Positions 29,012 through 37,632 of a stretch of DNA of 64,000 nucleotides are shown here, piece after piece. The translations under genes were made by a program, and so were the position numbers. The stretch covers positions 128,001 to 192,000 of the forward strand of contig CANMWZ010000003.1 in NCBI GenBank assembly GCA_947501605.1, written 5' to 3'. The first letter of the stretch is position 1, and every line of letters begins with the position of its first letter. The notes under the pieces were generated by a model. It saw only the letters and a list, made by a program, of their open reading frames with translations, did not search any database and was not told the origin of the DNA. The stretch comes from Planctomycetota bacterium (GTDB lineage: Bacteria > Planctomycetota > UBA1135 > UBA2386).

Positions 29012-30625
29012 ATGCGCGTTCTGTTGCCGTTGTTCGCCGCATGGGCACTCCTGGCGACGTCGTCCCCCTTCTGCTCGTACGCTTCCTGCCAGGCGCCCGC
29101 TCCGGAGGACAAAGCCCCTTCGCCGCCCGCCACGGCCGCTGCGAGCAAGTCCGTGCCGGGCGACCTCGGCGATCCCAGCCCGGTTCCGGATGGCGCACCG
29201 AAGTTGCTGTCGCTGGTGACGCGCCAGCGCCTCGCCGAGCACGCCTACTGGCTCGCCGACGATGCGCGGCAAGGCCGCTACACCGGCAGCACAGCCCAGC
29301 GGGCGACCGCCGACTACGTTCAGAAACAGTGGAAGGCCCTCGGCCTCTTGCCGCTCGGCGACAAGAAGACCTACGTCCAGTCCTATCCGTTGCAAGCGGT
29401 CGTGCTGCACCCCAGTTCGAGTGCTTCGATCGCCGGCGTCGAGATCCGCGATCTCGCCGTTCTACCGGCTGCGGACACCGAGAAGTTGACCCTCAGCGGC
29501 AAGGTGCTGTGGTGCGGCAAGGGCCGCGCCGAGGAAGCCGCCGCATCGAGCAAGGGCCGCATTCCCGTGGTCGTCTTCGAGAAGTCTGCGCGCAGCAATG
29601 GTCCTGGCGGCGACCTCCAAGCGATTCAGCGCTACAAGGACCTGGCGCAGCAACTTGCCAAGCTGGAGGCCCGTGCGGGCATCGTCTTGCTACCTGGTGA
29701 TCCGGGTGGGTTTGGCAACGCACTCAACTACTACGGGCTGATGCCCGACCATCCGCAGTTGTCGGTTGGCAGCGACGGCCGCAAGCAGGCGATGGCGGTG
29801 CCCCTCGTGGTGATCGCCGGGCCCAATGCGACCAAGGTGCTGACGGCTCTTGGCATCGAGATCGGCAACGATGGTGAGTTTGCCCCGGCTGGCGAACTGA
29901 AGGTCACGGCCAAGCTGGCGTTGCGCATCGATCGCTCCGCGACAACCACCGCGACCAACGTTTGCGCCGTGCTCGAAGGCAGCGACAACAAGGCGGAGGC
30001 CCTCGTTCTGTCCGCTCACCACGACCACATCGGCCGCCGCGTCGACGGCGATGCCTTCAATGGCGCCGATGACAACGCCAGTGGCACCGCCGGCCTACTC
30101 ACGCTCGCCGAGGCGTTCGTGAAGTGCGGCGAGCGCCCCTCGAGGTCGATTGTGTTCCTCTCCGTCAGTGGCGAAGAGCTTGGCCTCTGGGGCAGCAAGT
30201 ACTACAGCGAGCATCCGACCTGGCCGCTGGCTCGCATCGTCGCCAACATCAACATCGACATGATCGGCCGCGCCGAACCTGAGGCCGACGGCAGCAGGAT
30301 CCAGATCACGCCCAGCAAGGATCACGCGAAGTACTCGTCGATCGGTCGCCTGGCGGCATCGCTGGCCCCCAGACTGAAGATCTCCTTCACGAGTGGCGAC
30401 GCCTACTACGAACGCAGCGACCACTACAATTTCGCCGTGAAAGGCGTGCCCGTCGTGTTCCTCTGCGACGGCGAGCATCCGGATTACCACCAGGTCTCGG
30501 ACAGCGCCGACCGCCTCGACTATCCCCGGATGGAGTCCGTCGCCCGATTGCTTGCTTGGACCGCGTGGGATGTCGCTGCGGCCAAGGACAAACCCAAAGA
30601 ACTCGGCAAGCAGACGGACTGGTGA
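29012..30625 (+). CDS. Secreted M28-family metallopeptidase
   Basis: SAHHDH, NGADDNASG, SGEELGL, NIDMIGR, RSDHYNF, DYHQ. Confidence 0.92.
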   Translation: MRVLLPLFAAWALLATSSPFCSYASCQAPAPEDKAPSPPATAAASKSVPGDLGDPSPVPDGAPKLLSLVTRQRLAEHAYWLADDARQGRYTGSTAQRATADYVQKQWKALGLLPLGDKKTYVQSYPLQAVVLHPSSSASIAGVEIRDLAVLPAADTEKLTLSGKVLWCGKGRAEEAAASSKGRIPVVVFEKSARSNGPGGDLQAIQRYKDLAQQLAKLEARAGIVLLPGDPGGFGNALNYYGLMPDHPQLSVGSDGRKQAMAVPLVVIAGPNATKVLTALGIEIGNDGEFAPAGELKVTAKLALRIDRSATTTATNVCAVLEGSDNKAEALVLSAHHDHIGRRVDGDAFNGADDNASGTAGLLTLAEAFVKCGERPSRSIVFLSVSGEELGLWGSKYYSEHPTWPLARIVANINIDMIGRAEPEADGSRIQITPSKDHAKYSSIGRLAASLAPRLKISFTSGDAYYERSDHYNFAVKGVPVVFLCDGEHPDYHQVSDSADRLDYPRMESVARLLAWTAWDVAAAKDKPKELGKQTDW

Positions 30626-30629
30626 GAGC

Positions 30630-30698
30630 GGCACCCGTTGCTCTGCAACGCAGGCACCCGTTGCTCGGCAACGCAGCAACCCGTTGCGCGGCAACTCA
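30630..30698. repeat. Three tandem 23-nt palindromic units
   Basis: ggcacccgttgctctgcaacgca / ggcacccgttgctcggcaacgca / gcaacccgttgcgcggcaactca; each contains GTTGC-N4-GCAAC. Confidence 0.9.
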
Positions 30699-31961
30699 GC
30701 GGCTGCGTTCGAGTTTGAGCCATTCGCGCGGCGACAGGGCCCGTATGTCATCCGCCGTTCCAGCAGCGCCATCTTCACCTAGACACTGGACGTCGCAGCC
30801 GAAGTGGACGACGTGGAACACGTAGTCGCGGCCCCATGGATCCTGTTGGGCGCCAGACCAATAGGCATCTCTGCCCGCGAACTTCTCGCTCAACATCACA
30901 ACGGTCGGGACCGCACCGTCTTTGGCGCCGTCGACTAGCCACTCGGCTGCGGCCTTCTGCAAGCCGGCGACGTCGGCCTTGGCCTTCCGCCGCAGCTTCC
31001 ACAGTTCGCGATCGACCTTGGGATCCGCGCGCTTCTTGCAGTCCCACGCGACCAGCCACTCGTGATCGATCTTCTGGAAGCCGAGGTCCTCCGTGAGCCG
31101 CTTCTCCATGTGGCCAAAGTGGGCGGCGCCGTAGTAGATCCCGAGGTCCTTCTGGCCAGCCGCGATCTCCCGCTGCAGCACGGCGAGACACTTCTCGTTG
31201 CGGCCTTCGAGCAGGGTGCTGCCAGCGCCTGAGCTTGCCGCTTCGAGTCCCTCCAGTTGCGCCGCCATCATCAAGCGCAGCTGATGCCGGCCTTCGCCGC
31301 TGCGAAACGCCTCCACGATATCGACCGGCTTCGATGGCTCGGCGCCGTCCTCTGACTCATCGTCGGCGTGCTTGCTCATCATCTCCTTCTGCGCATTCAT
31401 GCCGATCTGCCACATCATCAGCAGCAGGCTCTCGCCGCGCTCCTCCATGGACGAGGCGAACTCCTCGGGCGTCATGTCGGCGTGCACGAAGTTGGCCGCG
31501 CCGTAGTCAACGCCGTCGAGCTGGAACTCGAGTTCCAGGCCATTCTTCATGCCTTGCTGCAGCATCGAGATGAACCCGCCACGCGCCTCGCCCTTCTTTG
31601 GCCGATAGTCCTCCGGACCAACCAGCTCATAGAGCAGGCGCCCACACGTATGGAAGCGCTGCTGCAACGCGGCGTAGTGCTGCGCGTCGGCGATGTGCAC
31701 CGCCGCGAACAGCCGCAGGGTGACGCCATCCTTGTTGCGGTAGGTCGTGATTGCCGTGTCGAAGTGACCACCGTCGCCTTCCGCAACGAACCGCGCAAAA
31801 TCCGACGGCGTAGCGTCCTTCGCGTCGCTCAGCGGCTTCTCGATCGGCTCCTGACCCGCAGCAGGCTTCGTCACCGGCTTGTCGACTTGGGCCCAGAGCG
31901 GCACTCCGAGCAGGACGAAGAGAACGCGAAAGAAAGCATGGGCCCGAGCGGCAGACATCAT
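30696..31961 (-). CDS. Exported hypothetical protein (TraB/GumN-like domain) with C-terminal GspG-like domain
   Basis: Signal peptide; AVHIAD, LYELV, RNEK, YGAAH; C-terminal DPWGRDY...GEDGAAGTADDI. Confidence 0.6.
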   Translation of the reverse strand: MMSAARAHAFFRVLFVLLGVPLWAQVDKPVTKPAAGQEPIEKPLSDAKDATPSDFARFVAEGDGGHFDTAITTYRNKDGVTLRLFAAVHIADAQHYAALQQRFHTCGRLLYELVGPEDYRPKKGEARGGFISMLQQGMKNGLELEFQLDGVDYGAANFVHADMTPEEFASSMEERGESLLLMMWQIGMNAQKEMMSKHADDESEDGAEPSKPVDIVEAFRSGEGRHQLRLMMAAQLEGLEAASSGAGSTLLEGRNEKCLAVLQREIAAGQKDLGIYYGAAHFGHMEKRLTEDLGFQKIDHEWLVAWDCKKRADPKVDRELWKLRRKAKADVAGLQKAAAEWLVDGAKDGAVPTVVMLSEKFAGRDAYWSGAQQDPWGRDYVFHVVHFGCDVQCLGEDGAAGTADDIRALSPREWLKLERSR

Positions 31962-32069
31962 GCGCCCATCATCGTCGCGCACGCGGGTCGCAAACAAGCC
32001 GCAAGGGCTACTCGACTACGACCCGATGGCACCGCCAGCCAAGACCGGGGCCCGCCAGCCAATCCGTAA

Positions 32070-32095
32070 GGGCCGACTCGCAACGAGGTCGGCCC
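32070..32095 (-). terminator. GC-rich hairpin downstream of the radical SAM gene
   Basis: GGGCCGAC-TCG caa CGA-G-GTCGGCCC. Confidence 0.45.
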
Positions 32096-32128
32096 GCCCA
32101 GCGCGCGGCAGGAAAAACCGCTCTCGGC

Positions 32129-33427
32129 TCACAGGAACCAGTCGCCAAAGTCGGCAACCGGCGCCGTCACCGGCAACGGTGCGCTGCTTGCAACCAGTTC
32201 CTCCATCCACCAGTTGGTCGAGTGGTACAGGCAGGTCACCTGGGCGCATTCGTGGCTGGCGTCGAACTCGTTCAGCAGACGCTGCGTCTGTGCAACCGCC
32301 TCTTTGCCGTCTTGCCACAGCGCCGCCTCGCCAAGCTTGGCCTTCTGCACGCCGCGGTGCGCCGGGCAGTTGAACGTGCCGAGCGGAGTGACGACCTGCC
32401 GCAGCATCTGCATGTGGCAGGTCTTCGGTTGCTTGGTGTAGTCGCGCCAGTTGCCCTGCATCAAGACTCGCAGATTGGTGCTCTCGACGATGCGGAAGCC
32501 GGGTTTTGCCGCCTTCTTGGCGCGATCGATCGCGGCGCGAATGCGCGCGATCACATCCTGGAGCTGCCCCTCGACCTTGGCCGGATCCATGATCTCGCTG
32601 CCGTCCCCAGTGCGCTCGAGGAACGGTTTGAAGGAGATGTAGTCAAAGCCGCTCTTCTCGGCGCGCTCGGCAGCCATCTCCATCTCGTGGATGTTCTCGA
32701 TGATCTTGACCTCGCCGCGAGCACCGCCGCGCCAGGTGATGACAAACGAGAAGCCCATGTCGAAGTCTGGGTTCGACTGCTTGATCCGGGGGATCCAGCT
32801 GCAGATCTCGTCGAGCGACAACGTCTTGCTCGACGGATTGTGCATGCGACGGAAGATGTCATTGCTGCCAGAGTCGAGCGAGAGCCGAATCCAATCGCCC
32901 TTCTTCAAGAACGGCGCGGCCGCCAGCAGCCGGTCACCGCGGCTGCCGTTGCTGACCACGGCCACCTGCAGGTTCATGCCCTTCAAGAACTCGACCATCG
33001 AAGCGAAGCCCGGATAGAGCGTCGGCTCGCCGCCGCCGATGAGGATCACGCTCTTGAGGCCGCGCTCCACCATCAGCTTCAACGAATCGCGCAAGGCCTC
33101 GTCGCTGTGGCGCACCTTGCTATTGAGGATGTCCCAGTCGATGCAGTGATCGCAGGCGTAGTTGCAGGCCGTCGTGAGGTCGAGGTTGATCGACAACGGC
33201 GACAGACTCGGCAGCTCGGGAACAGGCTTGCCCTCCGCTTTTGCGGTGCGGACCGCGCGTTGCCAACGCACGTAGTCGACGACGTAAGGCCACATCGACT
33301 CCTGCTGCAGTTTGCGCGCAAAGTCGTGCACGGGCGCCGTGCGGGCTGCCGTCGCTGCCGCGGCGGCGGTTGCCGTTGCATTCGGTGCGAGGTTCGAGAC
33401 AGAACGATCGGTCGAGTTCGATTCCAC
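32129..33427 (-). CDS. Radical SAM protein with C-terminal SPASM/twitch-like cysteines
   Basis: CNYACDHC (CxxxCxxC), GGGEPT, SNG, RLSLDSG; C-terminal CHMQ...FNCPAHRG...CAQVTC. Confidence 0.88.
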   Translation of the reverse strand: MESNSTDRSVSNLAPNATATAAAAATAARTAPVHDFARKLQQESMWPYVVDYVRWQRAVRTAKAEGKPVPELPSLSPLSINLDLTTACNYACDHCIDWDILNSKVRHSDEALRDSLKLMVERGLKSVILIGGGEPTLYPGFASMVEFLKGMNLQVAVVSNGSRGDRLLAAAPFLKKGDWIRLSLDSGSNDIFRRMHNPSSKTLSLDEICSWIPRIKQSNPDFDMGFSFVITWRGGARGEVKIIENIHEMEMAAERAEKSGFDYISFKPFLERTGDGSEIMDPAKVEGQLQDVIARIRAAIDRAKKAAKPGFRIVESTNLRVLMQGNWRDYTKQPKTCHMQMLRQVVTPLGTFNCPAHRGVQKAKLGEAALWQDGKEAVAQTQRLLNEFDASHECAQVTCLYHSTNWWMEELVASSAPLPVTAPVADFGDWFL

Positions 33428-33489
33428 GAGGCCTTCAGTGTCGCAATCCGCGGCCTCGGACGCCAGCCGCAGCCTCAACCTGTTGCCAG

Positions 33490-34464
33490 TCAGATTGCAG
33501 AAGTTCCGCCGAACAGCCTGGCCAAGACCCCTGCGTACAGGCGGAGCCGGACCGCGGCCTCGGCAACGAGCCGCGCCCGCAGCTCTTCCCCCTGCGGGGA
33601 CCCCGATCCCTTCGCCAGCTCGACAAACTGGGCAACCAGGGCGAATAGGGGAGCCGGACGCGCGACCTCCTGGCCATTCCCGACGAACGAAAGCGCATAG
33701 TCCTTGCCGATGCGGCGGTCGGCGCGCCGACCGTCGACGGCGAACCAAAAGGGCCGCGGCTGCAGCGGGACCTGCTGCAGGTGCAATTCCGCCCTCAGCG
33801 ACCCGCCTTCGAACCCGACCTCGACGACGGCGTTCGCCAAGGTCGCAAGAGGGTCGCGACTGTCGATGGCCACGTTGCGCACGTGCACGCTCGATCGGGA
33901 CTGTTGGGGCACGAGTTCGAGGAGCAGGCTCAGCAGGTGCGGCAACGAGTCCGAGACCATCGCCTCGGCACCGCCGTGCATCGGCGACAGCCCCATCGAC
34001 AGCTTGGCCGCATTGGTCCTTGCGGAGCCATGCAAGGCATCGAGGACGGGCAAAATCAGCGGCCACTGCGCGTTCTCCACGAACACCGTCTTTGCGGCGG
34101 CAAAGCGCTGCAGGCAGGCAAGGCCACGGTCCGCCTCCGCGAGCCCGACGATCGGCTTCTCGCATAAGCATGCAAGACCGTGTTCGAGCGCCGCTTCCAG
34201 GGCCTCCAGGTGGGCTTCGGCAGGTGAGGCAATGAGCAGAGCGTCGATGTCCTGCGCACACAGAGCGCGAACATCGGCCGCAGTCGCGACGTCGTGGCCA
34301 AGCGTAGCGGCCAGCTCCGCGGCATTGTGGCGCGCTCGATCGGCGGTGCGACCAGCGACCGCGACCACGCGGGCAGAAGCTTGCTCGCACGCTCGTGCCA
34401 AGAACGGACCAAGGCCATTGCGGCTGCGGCCCGCCCCGACAATCCCGACTCGCAGTGGCGTCAC
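33490..34464 (-). CDS. Gfo/Idh/MocA-family oxidoreductase (divergent)
   Basis: RVGIVGAG, IASPAEAH, LCEKP, DSLPH. Confidence 0.75.
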   Translation of the reverse strand: MTPLRVGIVGAGRSRNGLGPFLARACEQASARVVAVAGRTADRARHNAAELAATLGHDVATAADVRALCAQDIDALLIASPAEAHLEALEAALEHGLACLCEKPIVGLAEADRGLACLQRFAAAKTVFVENAQWPLILPVLDALHGSARTNAAKLSMGLSPMHGGAEAMVSDSLPHLLSLLLELVPQQSRSSVHVRNVAIDSRDPLATLANAVVEVGFEGGSLRAELHLQQVPLQPRPFWFAVDGRRADRRIGKDYALSFVGNGQEVARPAPLFALVAQFVELAKGSGSPQGEELRARLVAEAAVRLRLYAGVLARLFGGTSAI

Positions 34465-35633
34465 TGCTTCTCGGCTTTCCCGTTCGCCTTCTGCTCGCGC
34501 AGCGCTGCGACCTTGTCGGCGAACGCCGCCGGGTCATCGGTGTACTTCTTCTTGCACTTCTGGCAGCAGAATGCGACGCGCAAGCCATCGAGATCGACGA
34601 AGTGCTCTGCCGAGGCCTGCTCGCCGCTGACGATGCAGACGGAGTTGGCGGGTGCGTCTCGTTCCTTCCTCGTCGCGATCTCGACCTCGGCGGCCTTCAA
34701 GCGCGCCTCGGCATAGTCGCCGCGATCGACCACCAGGGCAGACCGAACGGAGATTGCGGCCGCCGCGCCCTCGGCAGTCACCGCGGTCGAGAAGGCGTAG
34801 ACCTTCTGCAGTTGCGGCCAAGAGGCGACCGACTTCAGCCCTGCATCGGTCACCTGACTGCCGTAGACGTTGAGGATCTCGATCTGCGCCGGCGCACCCA
34901 AGGCGGCGAGGCCACGGTCACCGACTCCGGTGTTGGCAAGACTCAGTCGGCGAAGCTGCGGCATGGCGGCGAGCACAGCCAACCCGTCATCGGTGATCTT
35001 GGTGCGGGCGAGATTGAGCCACACGAGCACGGGGGCGAGGTCCTGCAGCAGGGCCAAGTCCGCGTCCCCGAACTCGGGGCCCACGAGCGAGGCATTGACG
35101 TCGACGGCCGGCGTGTCTGCTGCCACCTGTTGTGCCAGCACGCCGCGAAGTGCGAGCTTTTGCATGGCCGCGTCGACCTTGGCCTGCGCCGCCGCGTCGA
35201 GCACAGCGATGCCGAACTCGAGCTTCGGGATGGTCGCCGCCGCCGCTTTCTCGGCAAACCACGCATCCGCCGCGTCCGGCCACGTCGCACCTTCCTGGAT
35301 CCAGGCGCGCAAGGTGGACACCTCCTTCGCCGACAGCCGCTCGCCCTTCTGCGGCATCGCATCGTCGTCGCCGTCTTGCAACTCCACCCGGCGGATCATC
35401 TCGCTCTCGTCGGGCTTGCCGGCCTGCACCAACACGACCTCGGCGTCCGCCGCGACCGGCTTCAGCACGTGGTCTCTGCCATCGAGTCGGAGATCGCCTT
35501 TCTGCTTCTCGGCACCGTGACACGCAACACAGTGCCGCTGTAGCACCGGCGCGACATCGCGCACGAAGTCGAGGGTCGCGTCTTGCGTGCGCGCCGCGAT
35601 ACAAAGGCTCAGGACGCAGAAGAGGATGCGCAT
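34461..35633 (-). CDS. Planctomycete cytochrome c domain + leucine-rich repeat + YHS/TRASH-like protein
   Basis: DFVRDVAPVLQRHCVACHG...LRLD...MP...WIQEGA; LRRs LNLARTKITDDGL; C-terminal CIVSG...FCCQKC. Confidence 0.8.
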   Translation of the reverse strand: MRILFCVLSLCIAARTQDATLDFVRDVAPVLQRHCVACHGAEKQKGDLRLDGRDHVLKPVAADAEVVLVQAGKPDESEMIRRVELQDGDDDAMPQKGERLSAKEVSTLRAWIQEGATWPDAADAWFAEKAAAATIPKLEFGIAVLDAAAQAKVDAAMQKLALRGVLAQQVAADTPAVDVNASLVGPEFGDADLALLQDLAPVLVWLNLARTKITDDGLAVLAAMPQLRRLSLANTGVGDRGLAALGAPAQIEILNVYGSQVTDAGLKSVASWPQLQKVYAFSTAVTAEGAAAAISVRSALVVDRGDYAEARLKAAEVEIATRKERDAPANSVCIVSGEQASAEHFVDLDGLRVAFCCQKCKKKYTDDPAAFADKVAALREQKANGKAEKQ

Positions 35634-35694
35634 CGCCTAGAGCCTACTGAGGCCGCGCGCCCGCGCCAGCGCCCCGATCGCCGCAAAGCCGGGG

Positions 35695-36360
35695 TCAGCT
35701 GCGCTTGCCCTTCTTGGCTGCTGGTTTGGCCGGCGCCGCTTTTGGCGTTGCCGCGACGGGCAATGGCCCAGCGGCCGGCTTGGCCGGCTTTACGACCATC
35801 GGAGCAGGCTTCGGCGACTCGACGGTTGCGGTGGACGTCGCCGCAGCTGGGGCGCTGGGCTTCGTCATGGCTGGCTTCGCCACGCCTGACGCCATCGGCT
35901 TTGCCTCATTCGCAGGCATCCCCGTAGTCGCACGGGGAGCCATGATTGCTGCGGCCGCGCGTGCAAGCTGGGCTTCGCTCAGAACTGGGCCAGCGCTGCG
36001 CAGCAGGTCGGCAAACGAAACGATGCCGCACAGTCGACCGTCGCCATCCACGACCGGAAGGCGGCGGACTTGGTGTTCGCGCATGCGATCGATCGCGTCA
36101 GCCACTGGTTGGTCCTTGCTCACCGAAAAGACCATGTGCGCCATCGCGCTTTGCACCGAGAGTTCCTCGAGCTTGCGGCTGCGCGTGAACGCCGCCATCA
36201 GGCAATCGCGGTCCGTCAGCATGCCCACCGGGCGCTGCCCGTCATCGATCACCGGCACCACGCCACAGTCGTGGTCCCAGAGGATTTTGGTTGCGGTTGC
36301 CAGAGAGTCGGTGCGCCGGCAAGTGCGCGGCGAGCGCGTCATCACAGTTTCGACGTTCAT
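35695..36360 (-). CDS. CBS domain pair protein with Pro/Ala/Lys-rich tail
   Basis: VMTRSP, CGVVPVID, GMLTDRD, VRRLPVVD, GIVSFAD. Confidence 0.88.
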   Translation of the reverse strand: MNVETVMTRSPRTCRRTDSLATATKILWDHDCGVVPVIDDGQRPVGMLTDRDCLMAAFTRSRKLEELSVQSAMAHMVFSVSKDQPVADAIDRMREHQVRRLPVVDGDGRLCGIVSFADLLRSAGPVLSEAQLARAAAAIMAPRATTGMPANEAKPMASGVAKPAMTKPSAPAAATSTATVESPKPAPMVVKPAKPAAGPLPVAATPKAAPAKPAAKKGKRS

Positions 36361-36481
36361 GATCTAGAAGGGGAGAGGGGCAGCTACCGGACAGTGCCGT
36401 CCACGCGCACGAGGCCCTATGGGGCATAGAGCCCAACCGTCGGAGGATTCCCACCGACCGGTTCGCCCAGGACCCGCGACG

Positions 36482-36566
36482 GCGAGCCCAGAAAAGAGGC
36501 GAGCCCAGAAAGGAAGCAAGCACAGCAAGGAAGCAAGCCCAGCAAGGAAGCGAGCCCAGCAGGGAG
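36482..36566. repeat. Five tandem 17-nt purine-rich units
   Basis: gcgagcccagaaaagag / gcgagcccagaaaggaa / gcaagcacagcaaggaa / gcaagcccagcaaggaa / gcgagcccagcagggag. Confidence 0.9.
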
Positions 36567-36603
36567 TAGAGAAAAAGGAAGGGGATGCAGCAACTCGCGA
36601 CGA

Positions 36604-37581
36604 TCAGCGGAGGCGCTCCATCGCTTCCTCGACGTCGCCCTTGCTGCCGATGTAGAGCGGCGTGCGCTGGTGCAGCTGGCCTGGGACGATGTCGAGGATG
36701 CGCTGCCTCCCATCCGTTGCCATGCCGCCGGCGTGTTCGCACACGAACGCAAGCGGCGCATTCTCGTAGAGCAGGCGCAGCTTGCCCTCGGCCTTCTTGA
36801 CTTCACCCGGGTACATGTAAATGCCGCCCTTCAACAGGGTGCGGTGGAAGTCACCGACCAGCGCACCGGCGTAGCGCGCACCTCGCTTGCCGCACCTCGT
36901 CTCCTGCGTTCGAAACGCGCGCACCAAGGCCTTGGTCTTCTCATCCCATTTGGCTTCGTTCCCCTCGTTGACCGAGTAGCTGCCAGTACCCTCCGGGATC
37001 TTGAGGTCCGGGTGCGTAAGGAAGAACGTTCCGATCGAACGGTCGAGCGTGAACCCGCTGACCGGGCCACCCGCGGTGTAGACGAACATGGTGCTCGGGC
37101 CGTAGAGCACGTAGCCAGCCGCCACGAGCTTGTTGCCCGACTGCTGGAAGTCCGCCATCTGCACCGGGCCGTGGGTGGCGCGCCGGTAGATGCCGAAGAT
37201 CGTGCCCATCTGGCCATCGACATCGACGTTGCCAGAGCCATCGAGAGGATCGACCGTCAGCACGTAGTTGCCTTGTTCGCCACCTGGCACCACGTGGATG
37301 TCCTCCATCTCCTCGCTACCGATCCCGGCAATGAAGGGCAACTTCTCGAACACCTGTCGCACGATGTCGTCACTCATGACGTCGAGCGCGCGAACTTCTT
37401 CGTTCTGAACGTTCGTGGTGCCGGTGTAGCCAAGCTTGCCGACGAAACCGGCACGCATGATCTCGCTGGCGATCATCCGGCCAGCGAGGCTCAGGCGATT
37501 GAGCACGGACGACAGGCCGCCGCTCGCATTGTGCAGAGCCTGGTCCCGGAAGAACTGTTCGCTGAGAGTGAGGCGAGTCAT
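36604..37581 (-). CDS. fbp: Class 1 fructose-1,6-bisphosphatase
   Basis: SEE, DPLDGSGN, AAGYVLYG, YSVNEGN, RYAGALVGDFHRTL, GKLRLLYE. Confidence 0.95.
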   Translation of the reverse strand: MTRLTLSEQFFRDQALHNASGGLSSVLNRLSLAGRMIASEIMRAGFVGKLGYTGTTNVQNEEVRALDVMSDDIVRQVFEKLPFIAGIGSEEMEDIHVVPGGEQGNYVLTVDPLDGSGNVDVDGQMGTIFGIYRRATHGPVQMADFQQSGNKLVAAGYVLYGPSTMFVYTAGGPVSGFTLDRSIGTFFLTHPDLKIPEGTGSYSVNEGNEAKWDEKTKALVRAFRTQETRCGKRGARYAGALVGDFHRTLLKGGIYMYPGEVKKAEGKLRLLYENAPLAFVCEHAGGMATDGRQRILDIVPGQLHQRTPLYIGSKGDVEEAMERLR

Positions 37582-37632
37582 AGGCGAGGCGGATTGGAGC
37601 AGCAGCCGCGATGCGAAAAAAGGACTCGTCGG

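Noticed and set aside
31985..32030. c-di-GMP-I riboswitch (GCAAAC...GCAA hairpin)
   Set aside because: It lacks the following GACGCAAAG and second stem, and is antisense to the adjacent gene.
32129..33489. RiPP system around the radical SAM gene
   Set aside because: No credible short precursor ORF, RRE domain or peptide transporter nearby.
32129..34588. 819-aa radical SAM ORF
   Set aside because: The N-terminal half overlaps the Gfo/Idh/MocA gene in another frame and looks non-coding; this is a high-GC artefact.
30630..36566. The two repeat arrays as CRISPR
   Set aside because: Units are directly adjacent with no unique spacers, and there are no cas genes.
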